A DNA stretch of 64,000 bases from NCBI GenBank assembly GCA_964559215.1, contig CAZLFZ010000002.1:18195-82194 (forward strand), read 5' to 3'. Numbering within the stretch: the stretch's first letter is position 1; the number at the start of each line of letters is the position of its first letter. A program made the position numbers and the translations under genes. This document shows positions 17,596 to 27,948 of the stretch, piece after piece. The notes beneath the pieces are model-generated. The model was given only the letters and a program-made list of their open reading frames with translations. It did not search any database and was not told the origin of the DNA. This stretch comes from an uncultured archaeon. Its GTDB lineage: Archaea; Aenigmatarchaeota; Aenigmatarchaeia; QMZP01; JAFGSV01.

Positions 17596-18212
17596 TTGTA
17601 TCTCCTTCTGCGCGAAATCATGTCCAGTCTCAGCAGGACCTCGCGGGCATTTGAATATTTTAGGGCATATATATTTATAATGTTTTTCCAAACCCGGGCC
17701 GATATCCCGAAATGTGTCGACAGCAGGGCTTCCCACAGCAGGAACAGGTCCGTGGCCTTGTCCTCCACCTTGTGCGAAATCTTGCCCAGGCCGAAGTCTA
17801 TGAAGTATATCTTGTTGTCTTTTAAAAGCATGTTGGACGTGGTCAAATCCCCGTGGATTATATTCGATGCATGCAAAGCGGCTACAAACGAACCTATTTT
17901 TTCTGCGACTTTTAGCTGCTCCGCCCTGCTCATCCCGCTCAGGACATCCTTCACCCTTTCACCGTTGACGTAGTCCATCCTAATTATATACTTGTTAGTT
18001 AATGCTGCCCTGGGCGTAGTAACGCCGCTCCGCCTGGCCTTGTCAAGCAGCGAAACCTCGAGCTTTGCCCTCCGCTTCCTTATTGCCTCGTCAAGCTCAG
18101 GTATCCTGTATCCCTTCTTCACCCTTTCCTTGACCAGGCTGCCGTCGCCGGCGAGGTACAGGACGGCCTCAGCCCCCCTCTGGATAATCTTTTTCTTCCT
18201 TTTCTCTGGCAT
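17592..18212 (-). CDS. bud32: KEOPS complex kinase Bud32
   Basis: GAEA, KERVKKGYR, IHGDLTTSN, IDFGL, VEDKATDL. Confidence 0.93.
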   Translation of the reverse strand: MPEKRKKKIIQRGAEAVLYLAGDGSLVKERVKKGYRIPELDEAIRKRRAKLEVSLLDKARRSGVTTPRAALTNKYIIRMDYVNGERVKDVLSGMSRAEQLKVAEKIGSFVAALHASNIIHGDLTTSNMLLKDNKIYFIDFGLGKISHKVEDKATDLFLLWEALLSTHFGISARVWKNIINIYALKYSNAREVLLRLDMISRRRRYK

Positions 18213-18326
18213 GCTCTCTTATTTCGGGTTCGGTTTTAAAAATGAGAAAAATGACGTTTCAAACTGCTGAGATCCCGGTTAAGAATAAAAAATTAACTAC
18301 CATTACATCATCATGAGTGTGTTTCC

Positions 18327-18911
18327 ATGAGAGGAACATCGGTAATCGGGGTCATATTGGGGCTGTTTCTGCTCGCTATAGCACTACTGATTCCGTTCTC
18401 GAGCGCATTGGCCAGTGATCCAGTCTCCGTCACTATCAGGCCGACGTTCCTGAACACCTTCCAATGCAGAACCGTTACCGGGAAGATATACATAAAAACG
18501 GATGTCCCGGCTACGTACACCATATCCATTGCGGGCGTCCCCGCCGAGTGGGTGGAATACCCGCCCAGCGTGTACGTGGATTCTGCCAAAACTGTCAATT
18601 ACATGATAAATCCGAAAAAAAGAGGCGACTATCGGCTAGCAATCAAGGTGGCGGGTTCCGGGGAGACCTTCAATTTCACCGAGAGGTTGTGGGTGGGCAG
18701 GAATCAGGTACATGGAGCAGAATTCGATTCGGGGGCCGGGCCTGCCGAAACCGGCAACGGCCTGACCGGCGGCCTCACAGGCATGTTCGTTTTGAGCGAT
18801 TTGGATCGGCCGGTCCTGTTATCAACGGGCGTAGTGATAGCATTTCTGATAACCGTCCTGGTTGGTTATGCGTTCCTTAAAGAAACCGGGGAAGCCGACA
18901 TCTGGGCTTAG
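18327..18911 (+). CDS. Hypothetical secreted Ig-like protein with C-terminal TM anchor
   Basis: Signal peptide, beta-rich domain, GLTGMF then TM. Confidence 0.75.
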   Translation: MRGTSVIGVILGLFLLAIALLIPFSSALASDPVSVTIRPTFLNTFQCRTVTGKIYIKTDVPATYTISIAGVPAEWVEYPPSVYVDSAKTVNYMINPKKRGDYRLAIKVAGSGETFNFTERLWVGRNQVHGAEFDSGAGPAETGNGLTGGLTGMFVLSDLDRPVLLSTGVVIAFLITVLVGYAFLKETGEADIWA

Positions 18912-18996
18912 TGGAAGCTTTGCGGGAACCTGAAAAACGAAGAGACATATCGGACAGGATGGAAAGGTTTAAAAAATTTACCACCAATTGATAAGT

Positions 18997-21099
18997 ATGA
19001 AAACCAAATACATGGGGCTGATATTTGTACTCTGCTTGCTGTTAGCCAGGCCTGTTCACGCATATTACGGGGGGGGCCTGGAGGTGGGATCCGAATCAGC
19101 CCAGTTCTGTCCCTGCGACATAATATCGAGTGATGAGATAACCGTAAAAATCACGAATTACGGCAGTTCGTCCGACACCTACTACATGTCACTGGAGCTG
19201 CCTGACGGCTGGAGCGGCTTCATACTGCCGCAGCTGACGCTGGGAGCGGATGAGACAGCCATTGTAGACCCTGTATGGATAACGGCGGCCTGCGGGACAA
19301 GCCCTGGCATATATACCGTGACCGTTGCCGCCAAATCAGGCATGTCAGGGAAGAAATATACAAAGGACCTTGAGCTTGGAGTGATGGCGTGCCATGACGT
19401 GTCAGTCTCGAGTGAAAGTTATCTTGTCACGTGCGAGAACGAGGCTATGGCGACCGAGCTGGAAATCTCCAATCTGGGAAAGATGGACGAGACATTCATC
19501 CTTTACGCTTCCCCCGCCTGGGTTATGCTTTCGGACGATTCCGTTTCGGTTGAGGCTGGACAAAAAGAAACCGTTTCTTTAAGTATAGCACCTCCCGCCG
19601 GTTTGACCGGAATCCAGAACATAACGATACATGCAGAATCGGACACGTCCTACGCCCGTGCGGACACGGTTATCAGGATGTCCATCGAGCCATGCTACAC
19701 GTTTGACGCAAAGCTGAGCCCGCCCGCCGATGCCGTCTGTATAGGCTCGTCTGCCGGGTATTACCTGAACATAGACAACGTTGGCACCAAGCCTGACACG
19801 TACAGGTTAGTAACGCCGAACTGGATTGCAGCGGAACATGAAACCGTGTCTGTAGGCAGTCACGAAAGGGAGAGTGTCAGGATAACCGCTACCCCGCCGG
19901 CCAGGAGGGAAATGGAAGTTGTCGTATCAGTTTCTTCATTAAACCATCCGACCGCGGTAGTTGATGCGGTAAGCATGATCTCCGCACTGGACTGCAGGTC
20001 CGTTGCCGTTTCCATCTCGCCTGCGGAAAGGAACATATGCAGGGGCGAGAGCACAGATTTCGTCGTCAGGGTGGAAAACACCGGCACTGTCCTGACCCCC
20101 TACGAGGTGACCGCTTCCATGGGAACGCTGGGCAGGAAAAAGCTGGTGCTGGGCCCGGGCGAGGCCCAGAACGTAATACTGGATATCAGTTCGACAGCAA
20201 AAGTTGGCTCTTATCCGGTCAGCATCCTCGTATATGACGGGAACGTATCAGACGAGGACTCGGCAACGCTCAACATCCAGAACTGTTATGATGCTGACTT
20301 CGATGCAAGTCCGGTAGAAACCAGCGCGTGCAAGGGGGACACGCTCACCTATGAAATCGGGGTGAAAAACACAGGGGAACTGCCAGATGAGTACACCCTC
20401 AAATATCTTGGCAAGCAGCTTGTGTTCGAACTTGAGCCGGGAGAATCCAAGTCCCTTGAGGCCAAGATAGCGGTTAATTATTTTTGGGAGAGCGAAAATG
20501 AAATACTGTTCGCGCTGCAGTCTTCTCATGGAGTGCATGCTGAAAAGTCCGTAACGGTCGGTGTCGGCAAAAAGGAGAGATGCTATTCAGTCGACCTGAG
20601 CATAATCAACGGCAATGAAACGAAAGAGAAGGAAACGAGCGTGGTTGTCTGCAACGCTGTGACCGTTAAACTCAAAATTGTGAACAAAGGCCTCCGCTCT
20701 GACCATTACAGCATCATAGTGGATGGCCCGGACTGGGCCCACATCAGCCATGACTCGTTCTATCTGACCCCCCTGCAGGAAGAAGAATTTTATCTGTACC
20801 TGTCCCCGCCCTACGAAACGCCAGAAAAGGGATACAAGGTAACAATTCTGGCGGATTCGGAAAAGGCCTTGTCGGGGGTGGAGATAGACGCCGTGGTTTT
20901 GACGGAGCCGGCGGGGGAGGCAAACATAACCCTGAATGAAACAGGCAATGTTACAGGCAACTACACGCAAATCCGGCCAGCCGGGCTGACCGGATTATTC
21001 CTGGCGTTTGAGGGTGTCCCAATCGGAGCCATCAGCATTGCCGTGATGGCTGCCGCGGCAGCTTTCATCCTTTTATTGAGATTCGCAATTTTCAGGTAA
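18997..21099 (+). CDS. Surface protein with about six tandem Ig-like (CARDB/NEW3-like) repeats and C-terminal TM
   Basis: Recurrent I-x-N-x-G-xxx-D-x-Y motif about every 97 aa with paired Cys. Confidence 0.85.
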   Translation: MKTKYMGLIFVLCLLLARPVHAYYGGGLEVGSESAQFCPCDIISSDEITVKITNYGSSSDTYYMSLELPDGWSGFILPQLTLGADETAIVDPVWITAACGTSPGIYTVTVAAKSGMSGKKYTKDLELGVMACHDVSVSSESYLVTCENEAMATELEISNLGKMDETFILYASPAWVMLSDDSVSVEAGQKETVSLSIAPPAGLTGIQNITIHAESDTSYARADTVIRMSIEPCYTFDAKLSPPADAVCIGSSAGYYLNIDNVGTKPDTYRLVTPNWIAAEHETVSVGSHERESVRITATPPARREMEVVVSVSSLNHPTAVVDAVSMISALDCRSVAVSISPAERNICRGESTDFVVRVENTGTVLTPYEVTASMGTLGRKKLVLGPGEAQNVILDISSTAKVGSYPVSILVYDGNVSDEDSATLNIQNCYDADFDASPVETSACKGDTLTYEIGVKNTGELPDEYTLKYLGKQLVFELEPGESKSLEAKIAVNYFWESENEILFALQSSHGVHAEKSVTVGVGKKERCYSVDLSIINGNETKEKETSVVVCNAVTVKLKIVNKGLRSDHYSIIVDGPDWAHISHDSFYLTPLQEEEFYLYLSPPYETPEKGYKVTILADSEKALSGVEIDAVVLTEPAGEANITLNETGNVTGNYTQIRPAGLTGLFLAFEGVPIGAISIAVMAAAAAFILLLRFAIFR

Positions 21100-21415
21100 T
21101 TGTTAGAACACGGCATTTCTTCGGACTTTCTTTCTGACAACGATCTGACTGACCTGACACCTGACCGACAGCGATAATAATTTATATCAGGAAATGAAAT
21201 AAATATTACACTGTTTCCAATTGGGGGAAAGAACTAGACGCTTTGAATCGATTGAGGGATCGATTTTGAGGCGAAGTGTAGTTGGAGTCTATTTCTAGAC
21301 GGACTTATAATCATAAATTATTTCTATAGGAAACTTGCCAAAGGAGTTTAAAAAAAATTTCGCTACTCCATTATATATTTTGGGGAGCTCAAATCAAAAT
21401 TAAGGGAGGGAAAAT

Positions 21416-22531
21416 ATGGAATCGTTGGTTCAAAGAGTTTTTGAAAAGAGCTTGTCAGGCGAGGGAGAGCCTGTCGAAGCTCAAGCTAAAATTGAGGAAA
21501 CGATCCAGGATGAATTTGGACTGGATGTCAAGGATGCCAGTATATTGATAGTGGGTACTGGCGGTGCGGGAAACAACATGGTAACCAGGCTGACGGACAT
21601 GGGAATCAAGGGCGCTAAGACAGTAGCTGTAAACACGGACGCCAAACAGCTGACCGTTAGCAGGGCCGGAAAGAAGCTGCTGCTGGGCCGTGAAACGACC
21701 AGGGGCCTCGGCGCTGGCGGCTATCCGGAAGTTGGCCGGAAGGCTGCGGAGGAATCAGAGAAAGACATCAAGAAGATGCTGGAAGGCGTGGACATGGTCT
21801 ACGCGTTGTCCGGCCTTGGAGGCGGAACCGGCACGGGCGCCTTGCCTGTGATATCCAGGATAGCGAAGGAGCTAGGCGCGATTAGCATAGCCTGTGTGAC
21901 CATGCCTTTCAAGATAGAGGGAGCAAGAATAAGAAAAGCAGAGGACGGGCTTTACCAGCTCAGGCAGGTGTGCGACACGGCCATAGTGATAGAGAACGAC
22001 AAGCTGCTAAAGGTCGCTGGCGACCTGCCGTTGCAGGAGGCATTTGGTGTCGCGGACGAGCTCATAGCCACCACCGTGAAGGGCGTCACGGAAACTATAT
22101 CGACGCCGTCCTTGGTGAACCTTGACTACGCGGACGTCAAGACGATAATGCATTCAGGGGGCGTGGCTGCCGTGGGATTCGGGGAATCCAACACGGCGGA
22201 AAGGGCCGAGGAATGCATAACCAAAGCACTGACCAATCCGCTGCTCGAGGTTGACTACACAGGAGGGAGCGGAGCCCTGATCCACATAACAGGAGGCCCC
22301 GACCTGAAGCTTGACGAGACCAACCTGATAGGAGAATACGTGTCAAAGCTGCTGGACCCTGACGCACAGGTGATATGGGGCGCAAGGATAGACCCCGAAT
22401 TCACCGGGAAAATACGCGTGATAACCATCATCACCGGCGTAAAGTCTCCCTACATACTGGGCCCTGTGGCCATGGAAGAGGAGAAAAAGGGCTATTCACA
22501 GGATCTGGGAATACCAGTTCTGCAGAGATAA
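21416..22531 (+). CDS. ftsZ: Cell division protein FtsZ
   Basis: GGAGNN, NTD, GLGAGG, GGGTGTG, NLDYAD, IWGAR. Confidence 0.98.
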   Translation: MESLVQRVFEKSLSGEGEPVEAQAKIEETIQDEFGLDVKDASILIVGTGGAGNNMVTRLTDMGIKGAKTVAVNTDAKQLTVSRAGKKLLLGRETTRGLGAGGYPEVGRKAAEESEKDIKKMLEGVDMVYALSGLGGGTGTGALPVISRIAKELGAISIACVTMPFKIEGARIRKAEDGLYQLRQVCDTAIVIENDKLLKVAGDLPLQEAFGVADELIATTVKGVTETISTPSLVNLDYADVKTIMHSGGVAAVGFGESNTAERAEECITKALTNPLLEVDYTGGSGALIHITGGPDLKLDETNLIGEYVSKLLDPDAQVIWGARIDPEFTGKIRVITIITGVKSPYILGPVAMEEEKKGYSQDLGIPVLQR

Positions 22532-22562
22532 AGGAGGGAGGACTCCCTTTCCCTCCCTTCCC
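22531..22562 (+). terminator. Possible hairpin/pyrimidine-rich terminator after ftsZ
   Basis: aaggagggagg...ccctcccttc inverted repeat directly after the stop. Confidence 0.35.
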
Positions 22563-22637
22563 TATTATAATTATTTCAGGGTGATTGCCAGGTTCCGGCA
22601 GCGCCCTGTTTTTTAGTTCTCGGTTCTTTATCTAATC

Positions 22638-23198
22638 ATGGCCGACATTATCATCATCCATGGATCTTACGGGAGCCCGGACGAGAACTGGTTCCCCTGG
22701 CTGAAAAAAGAACTGCGCAAGATCGGCCTCCACGTGCATGTACCAAGATTCCCCACGCCTGCCAACCAGAACCTTGATAACTGGCTCGCTGTTTTCAAGC
22801 ACCATCGCAGGTACGTGAATGAGAACACGGTGTTTGTGGGGCATAGTCTTGGCCCAGCCTTCATACTTACAGTGATAGAAGGTTTGCTAAAACCGGTCAG
22901 AGCTGCCTTCTTGGTAGCGGGATTCCTAGGCAAACTGGGCATATCTGAATTCGACGGGATAAGTGATACCTTCACCAACAGGGAATTTGACTGGGACAAG
23001 ATAAGGCAGAACTGCCGGCATTTCGTGGTTTACGCAAGTGATAATGATTCTTACGTTCCGCTTGAAAAAAGCAAGCAGCTCGCAGAAAAATTGGGGGCTG
23101 AACTGAAAATCATAAAGAATGCGGGGCATTTCAACGAGGAGGCCGGATATCTCAAATTCGATTCCCTCCTCGGAGATGTCAGGGAAGCCACCGGGTGA
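22638..23198 (+). CDS. RBBP9/YdeN alpha/beta hydrolase
   Basis: IHG, NWFPWL, GHSLG, SDND, AGHFN. Confidence 0.92.
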   Translation: MADIIIIHGSYGSPDENWFPWLKKELRKIGLHVHVPRFPTPANQNLDNWLAVFKHHRRYVNENTVFVGHSLGPAFILTVIEGLLKPVRAAFLVAGFLGKLGISEFDGISDTFTNREFDWDKIRQNCRHFVVYASDNDSYVPLEKSKQLAEKLGAELKIIKNAGHFNEEAGYLKFDSLLGDVREATG

Positions 23199-23267
23199 TG
23201 GGAGGTTGGTGGACGCGAAAATAGCGGTTTTCGGGGTTACGATGCAAAGCATGGTGTCACGGAGGCG

Positions 23268-23873
23268 CTAAAATTTCAGCCTTTTGGAATTGATGACCTT
23301 GATATCGGGGTGCTGCCTGAAGAATTCCAAGGTTTTCCAATGCATGCCAAGTTTATACCGGGCTGTCGAAACCCCATCTCCTATTACAATGGTATTGAAG
23401 TTTTTAGCAGAAGAGGAAAGTGCCGAGATTTTAACGCATTGGTCCGTGGTGAAGCCTGCTATCAATACACTATCTACCCTGTTCATGCTTAACCATTTTT
23501 CTAGGTCAGGCCTGGAATCAAAACAGTCGGGACTTCTTTTTTCAAATAGCTTTTCTTTGGGACTGTTCGTGTTCGGTCTTATCTTGTAAAAATCCCATCC
23601 CTTTGTACCAGGGATGCAAAATTTCTCAGCAATATCAAATTGTCCGGCCTTGTAAGAGGCCTTGATAAACAAGACGAACAAATCCTTGTTTCTTGACCTT
23701 TCCAGAACAGGGACGATGCATCTATCCACAACCCTTTGGATGGGAACTACATCGTCAGGGTTCCTTCTGTAATATACAAATTCTTCGCCTGCCGCACAAA
23801 AATCGTTTTGCACGTCTATTAATACAAGCGCGGTGTTCCCAGATTCAAGTTCAAATCCTCTTAACCCGGTCAT
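23268..23873 (-). CDS. Isochorismatase-family cysteine hydrolase
   Basis: ALVLIDVQNDF, K, GFTTDQCV. Confidence 0.9.
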   Translation of the reverse strand: MTGLRGFELESGNTALVLIDVQNDFCAAGEEFVYYRRNPDDVVPIQRVVDRCIVPVLERSRNKDLFVLFIKASYKAGQFDIAEKFCIPGTKGWDFYKIRPNTNSPKEKLFEKRSPDCFDSRPDLEKWLSMNRVDSVLIAGFTTDQCVKISALSSSAKNFNTIVIGDGVSTARYKLGMHWKTLEFFRQHPDIKVINSKRLKF

Positions 23874-23946
23874 GTATTATCAGAATGCAAGATGTGATTT
23901 AAATAAAATCAATTAATCAACTCTGGAATTGCTTAAAAGACGCCCG

Positions 23947-24468
23947 TCAGTAAAATTCTTTGTGCACAACTTCACCAAGCTTTTTTCTTCTGCTTTTTTT
24001 GGGTTCTGTTGCCGGATATCCGATAGGGACTATTGCCATGGGCCTCACATGACTGGGCAAGACGAGAATCTCCCTTACATTTTCATCGTTGAAGGAGCCG
24101 ACCCAGCATGAACCGAGCCCCTTCTCCCACGCCGCCAGCAACATGTTCTGCGTGGCCGTGGCCGTGTTCTGGATGGAATAGAGGCTGTTTCCCCTTTCAC
24201 CGTAGGCGTTGTGAATCGTCCTCAGGTTTGAGCATACCACTATCACCACGGGCGCTTGTGAGACGAATTCCTGCCCCCATGCAGCCCCTGCCAAGCGATT
24301 CTTCGTGTCCTGCTTGCTGACAACAACGAACTCCCAGTCCTGGACATTTCCGGCTGACGGCGCATGAACGGCTGAATCGAGAATTTCGTCCAGAACGCTG
24401 TCCGGAATCTTGTCTGGTTTAAAACTTCTCACAGAAGCCCTGGATTTTATGCACTCTATTGTATTCAT
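23947..24468 (-). CDS. Nitroreductase family protein
   Basis: RASVRSF, APSAGNVQDW, GLGSCWVG, IGYP. Confidence 0.93.
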   Translation of the reverse strand: MNTIECIKSRASVRSFKPDKIPDSVLDEILDSAVHAPSAGNVQDWEFVVVSKQDTKNRLAGAAWGQEFVSQAPVVIVVCSNLRTIHNAYGERGNSLYSIQNTATATQNMLLAAWEKGLGSCWVGSFNDENVREILVLPSHVRPMAIVPIGYPATEPKKSRRKKLGEVVHKEFY

Positions 24469-24537
24469 AATTAGAGATTTGGTAACGGTGTTAAAAATTT
24501 ATAGGTTTTCGCCCCAGTTTTCACTCTATCAAGTGTT

Positions 24538-25578
24538 CTACAGACATGCGCAGAACTTGCCGTCAGTAAGATAGCACAAGCTCATATCGTATGTGGTGGC
24601 CAATATCAGGTCCTTGCCTTCGTGATCCAGCCTAAGCATGGACCGAACATCTTTGCCTGAATTTTCCTCTACGATTCTTTTGGTTGAATTGTCTTCATAA
24701 AGATGTTCCCTGACGAAGTCTATGTCCTCAAAATTCTTTTGGTATCTGGCCAAGACAATCGGGCTGATGCACCCGGGCGGTATATCCCCGGAGATGAAGG
24801 GGTTGTCGCGCAGCGATGCAGACATGTTCACTATGTCCTCCATCGTTATCCCAAACATAGATGTGAACATATCACTTGGATCCGGAAATCCCTCGAAAAA
24901 AAGCGCGGAGGCTCCTGCAACAGCGATTATCATTAACAAGCCCGCCAGCTTGCGGGCATCCTTGAAAAATTCCAAAACTTCAAATTTTTTGATTTTCTTC
25001 TTTATCTCCCCGTCACAGGCGTCAAGTATCACTTTTCCCACCTTGTCCCCGAGCTTCAAATCGATGACCCATTCGTTGCCTACGAGCTTGGCACTGTCGG
25101 CCTTGTACCCAGGCAATCCGCCCTCGGCTTTTTTTCTGGCTTCCTTTTCGGGTATGGACTTGGACCCCTTTCTGAGCATCTCTTCAAGGGCCATAACCTT
25201 TCTTTTCAGCGATTCTATCATGGCCTTGGGTTTGCGCCATTCCTCCTTGTAGGTGATCAAGCGGAGTGCAAACGCAAGCAGAAATGCTACAGACAATCCT
25301 GCTATCAGTACGTCTATCTGGAGTATGTGCATAAAGCCCTTGCTGAAAAAGGGGATGAATCCGGAAAATGACATGCCTCCTATCAGGCAGACGGTTCCTG
25401 CGAGAAGCTTGGCACCGAGACCTGTGATAGATGACATATGCTTTTTATAGCCCCTGATGGCTATGGAACCGCAGAACCACATGAAAAACAGGTAAAAAAG
25501 CAACTGCATAGCGTAAAGCAGCACGGGGAGAAGAACGATAATATCCGGCAACGCTGAAACCAGGCTAGACATTTCCAT
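24538..25578 (-). CDS. Hypothetical membrane protein with PepSY-like segment
   Basis: Four TM segments; EARKKA...W.I.L...V.LDA.DGEI. Confidence 0.7.
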   Translation of the reverse strand: MEMSSLVSALPDIIVLLPVLLYAMQLLFYLFFMWFCGSIAIRGYKKHMSSITGLGAKLLAGTVCLIGGMSFSGFIPFFSKGFMHILQIDVLIAGLSVAFLLAFALRLITYKEEWRKPKAMIESLKRKVMALEEMLRKGSKSIPEKEARKKAEGGLPGYKADSAKLVGNEWVIDLKLGDKVGKVILDACDGEIKKKIKKFEVLEFFKDARKLAGLLMIIAVAGASALFFEGFPDPSDMFTSMFGITMEDIVNMSASLRDNPFISGDIPPGCISPIVLARYQKNFEDIDFVREHLYEDNSTKRIVEENSGKDVRSMLRLDHEGKDLILATTYDMSLCYLTDGKFCACL

Positions 25579-25676
25579 AAAAATTATTAGGGGCCGTTCC
25601 AATAAATATGAAAATACAAGGGCCTGGTCTTAAGGGCCTGGTGTTTATATGCTGGGTATATGCTGGGGACCAGGCT

Positions 25677-25898
25677 TTATTTCTTCCTTTTACTTTTCCT
25701 ATTCTTGTACAGCAGGGTGAGGTTGATGCCTGTTAAAACTGTTAGCAATCCAGAAGCTGCCGCTATGTTAAGCATCCCGTTGCCCGTGCCTGGCCGGATG
25801 GTATTGGCAGAACAACCCAAATCGTAGCAGAATGCCGCTATGAAAACAAGAACTACTATCATCACAATCAAGGCTGTCTTTGGGGATATGAACTCCAT
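25677..25898 (-). CDS. Small hypothetical membrane protein
   Basis: Two hydrophobic segments, basic tail. Confidence 0.5.
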   Translation of the reverse strand: MEFISPKTALIVMIVVLVFIAAFCYDLGCSANTIRPGTGNGMLNIAAASGLLTVLTGINLTLLYKNRKSKRKK

Positions 25899-26059
25899 AT
25901 TTATTTTTTTGGGGCATGACCTAAAATATCAAACCCCTCTTAATCATTTTTAATCATTTATCATTTGGAGCCTGGAGTTGGGGGAACAGACCGCACCGAA
26001 ACTAATTAAAAACCTTTATGGCATATATGATTGTATCTTTGGCCTTTGCAGGTGATATG

Positions 26060-26512
26060 ATGGCAAGAATGTATTCGAGAAAAAGGGGAAAGTCAGGCTC
26101 ACACAGGCCGTCGCAGCTAAAGGCATCATGGGTGAGTTACAAGCCTGAAGAAATTGAACAGATAGTTGTAAAGCTGGCCAAGGCCGGTAAGAGCCAAGCG
26201 GAAATAGGCATCATACTTAGAGACCAGTACGGAGTTCCGGCAGTCAAGGCGGTAAATGGTAAGAAAACCCTGCAGATTATGAAAGAGCATAAGGTTGGCC
26301 CTGATATGCCGGATGATATGCTCAATCTGATGAAAAGGGCAGTCAAGCTGAGGGCTCATCTTGCCAGGAACAAGCACGACCGCTACTCCAAGAGGGGTAT
26401 GGAGCTGACAGAATCAAAGATAAGAAGGCTTGCGAAGTACTACAAAAGCAGGAACATTCTCCCGGAAAAATGGAGCTATGACCCTGAGAAGGCAAAGCTG
26501 TTGGTTAAGTAG
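26060..26512 (+). CDS. rps15: 30S ribosomal protein uS15
   Basis: MARMYSRKRGKSGS, LRDQYGVP, ESKIRRLAKYYK. Confidence 0.97.
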   Translation: MARMYSRKRGKSGSHRPSQLKASWVSYKPEEIEQIVVKLAKAGKSQAEIGIILRDQYGVPAVKAVNGKKTLQIMKEHKVGPDMPDDMLNLMKRAVKLRAHLARNKHDRYSKRGMELTESKIRRLAKYYKSRNILPEKWSYDPEKAKLLVK

Positions 26513-26561
26513 TAAGTTTTCAAGTTTTCTTGAACCGGTTTGATTTTTATTGCAAATTCGC

Positions 26562-27791
26562 TTACAGAGGCTCGTATCTCTGGACTTCCAGGTAAGTCTG
26601 GCCTAGCCTCGTTTGCTTGACTTCCGCGAACAGCCTGCACCTTTCGCAGGGGATCTCCCCTTTGTTCCTTACGACAGTGCTGCCGGAATCATCGAAAAGA
26701 ACGTACCACACATCGCTTTTCCCCCTGCTTGAAAGCCTGAGTGTGCCTTCCACACTGACCGTTTTCCCGTAGAAGGATTTTGGCGATTCGGTTAAGTCGG
26801 CTGCGCTTGTTTTGACGAATTCCCCGGGTTTGACCTCCGGCTTCTCGGTTTTCTCGGCAGGTTCTGCAACAGCAGGCTCCGCCAGCTCCGCCGGTTCTTT
26901 CGATGTTGCCCTCGCTATTTCCTCTTCGAGAGGTTTTTCTTCTGTCTTGGGTTCGGCAGGTACCTCCTCTTTCTCTGGGATTTCTTCTTCTGGTTGAGCG
27001 GGTGCTTTTATCTCCTCCTCTGGTTCAGGCGGAACTTTCTCTGCCTGTTCTTTTTTGGCAGGTTCCTCGTATCCGCTCAAATCCACGAATTCCATCTCTG
27101 TCTCGGGAGCTGGCTTTTCTTCCTTCGGCTTTTCAGCCCGGGGCGGCTTTGGGGAAGGCTTCTGGACCGGTGGCTTGGTTGGGAAGGGCTTGATCAATTT
27201 GCTGGCCTCCTCCAGCTCCAGACCCTCCTCCACAGCTGGCTCCTCCTCGACAATGGGAGCCTCTTTGACCGGCACCGGCGGCTTGGCCTCTTCCTTTTTG
27301 GGCTCTGGTTTCTTCTCTGGGGGCTTAGCAGGCTTTGGTTCAGGTTTCTCTTCTGGTTTGGGAGGCTCGGCCTTGGCAGGCTCTTTTTCTCCAGGCTTGA
27401 TTTCTGGCTTGAGGACAGGCTCTTTGGGAATTGGAACTGGCTCTTTGGCAGGTTCCTTCTCTCCTTCGGGCATCTCTTTCGCCGGCTCCTTTGGAACTGG
27501 CACTGCTGCAGGCTTCTTCTCGGCAACCATTATTGACGCCTTTATGGACTCTGCATCAGTGGGACCGGTTTCAGGCAGAGCCGGTTTCTCAGCAGGGGCC
27601 TTGGCGGGTTTGACTGCCTCAGGAGGTTCCTTGGCCTGCTCCGGTGCTGGAGCCGGCTGTTCACCGACCTCCCCTGACTGGAGGTTTTTTAGCTGCCTCT
27701 GTTTTTTGAAGATTAGAACGATTATCACCAGCAGTGACAATCCTAGAAACACCAGCAAGCCGACAAGGATTTCTTTGCTCAGAGTGAACAT
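26562..27791 (-). CDS. Membrane-anchored Pro/Glu/Lys-rich protein with C-terminal OB-fold-like domain
   Basis: N-terminal TM, low-complexity PEK linker, GKTVSVEG...LFDDSG. Confidence 0.8.
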   Translation of the reverse strand: MFTLSKEILVGLLVFLGLSLLVIIVLIFKKQRQLKNLQSGEVGEQPAPAPEQAKEPPEAVKPAKAPAEKPALPETGPTDAESIKASIMVAEKKPAAVPVPKEPAKEMPEGEKEPAKEPVPIPKEPVLKPEIKPGEKEPAKAEPPKPEEKPEPKPAKPPEKKPEPKKEEAKPPVPVKEAPIVEEEPAVEEGLELEEASKLIKPFPTKPPVQKPSPKPPRAEKPKEEKPAPETEMEFVDLSGYEEPAKKEQAEKVPPEPEEEIKAPAQPEEEIPEKEEVPAEPKTEEKPLEEEIARATSKEPAELAEPAVAEPAEKTEKPEVKPGEFVKTSAADLTESPKSFYGKTVSVEGTLRLSSRGKSDVWYVLFDDSGSTVVRNKGEIPCERCRLFAEVKQTRLGQTYLEVQRYEPL

Positions 27792-27948
27792 AATTCTTAT
27801 TTATGCTCCTGTTTAAATAAATGATTTATTAGGGCGGTTGAATCTATCTTTGAAAAAGAGCCGGAATTCTGAGCTATAGGGTCCCGTGAATCGTCGGGGT
27901 TCGCATTATTTAAAAAACTAAAAATCCAATAAAGCATGGGATGATTCC

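Noticed and set aside
17596..17736. Longer uS5 start proposed by the ORF track
   Set aside because: Lies within bud32; the ATGA overlap at 17592-17595 gives the natural start
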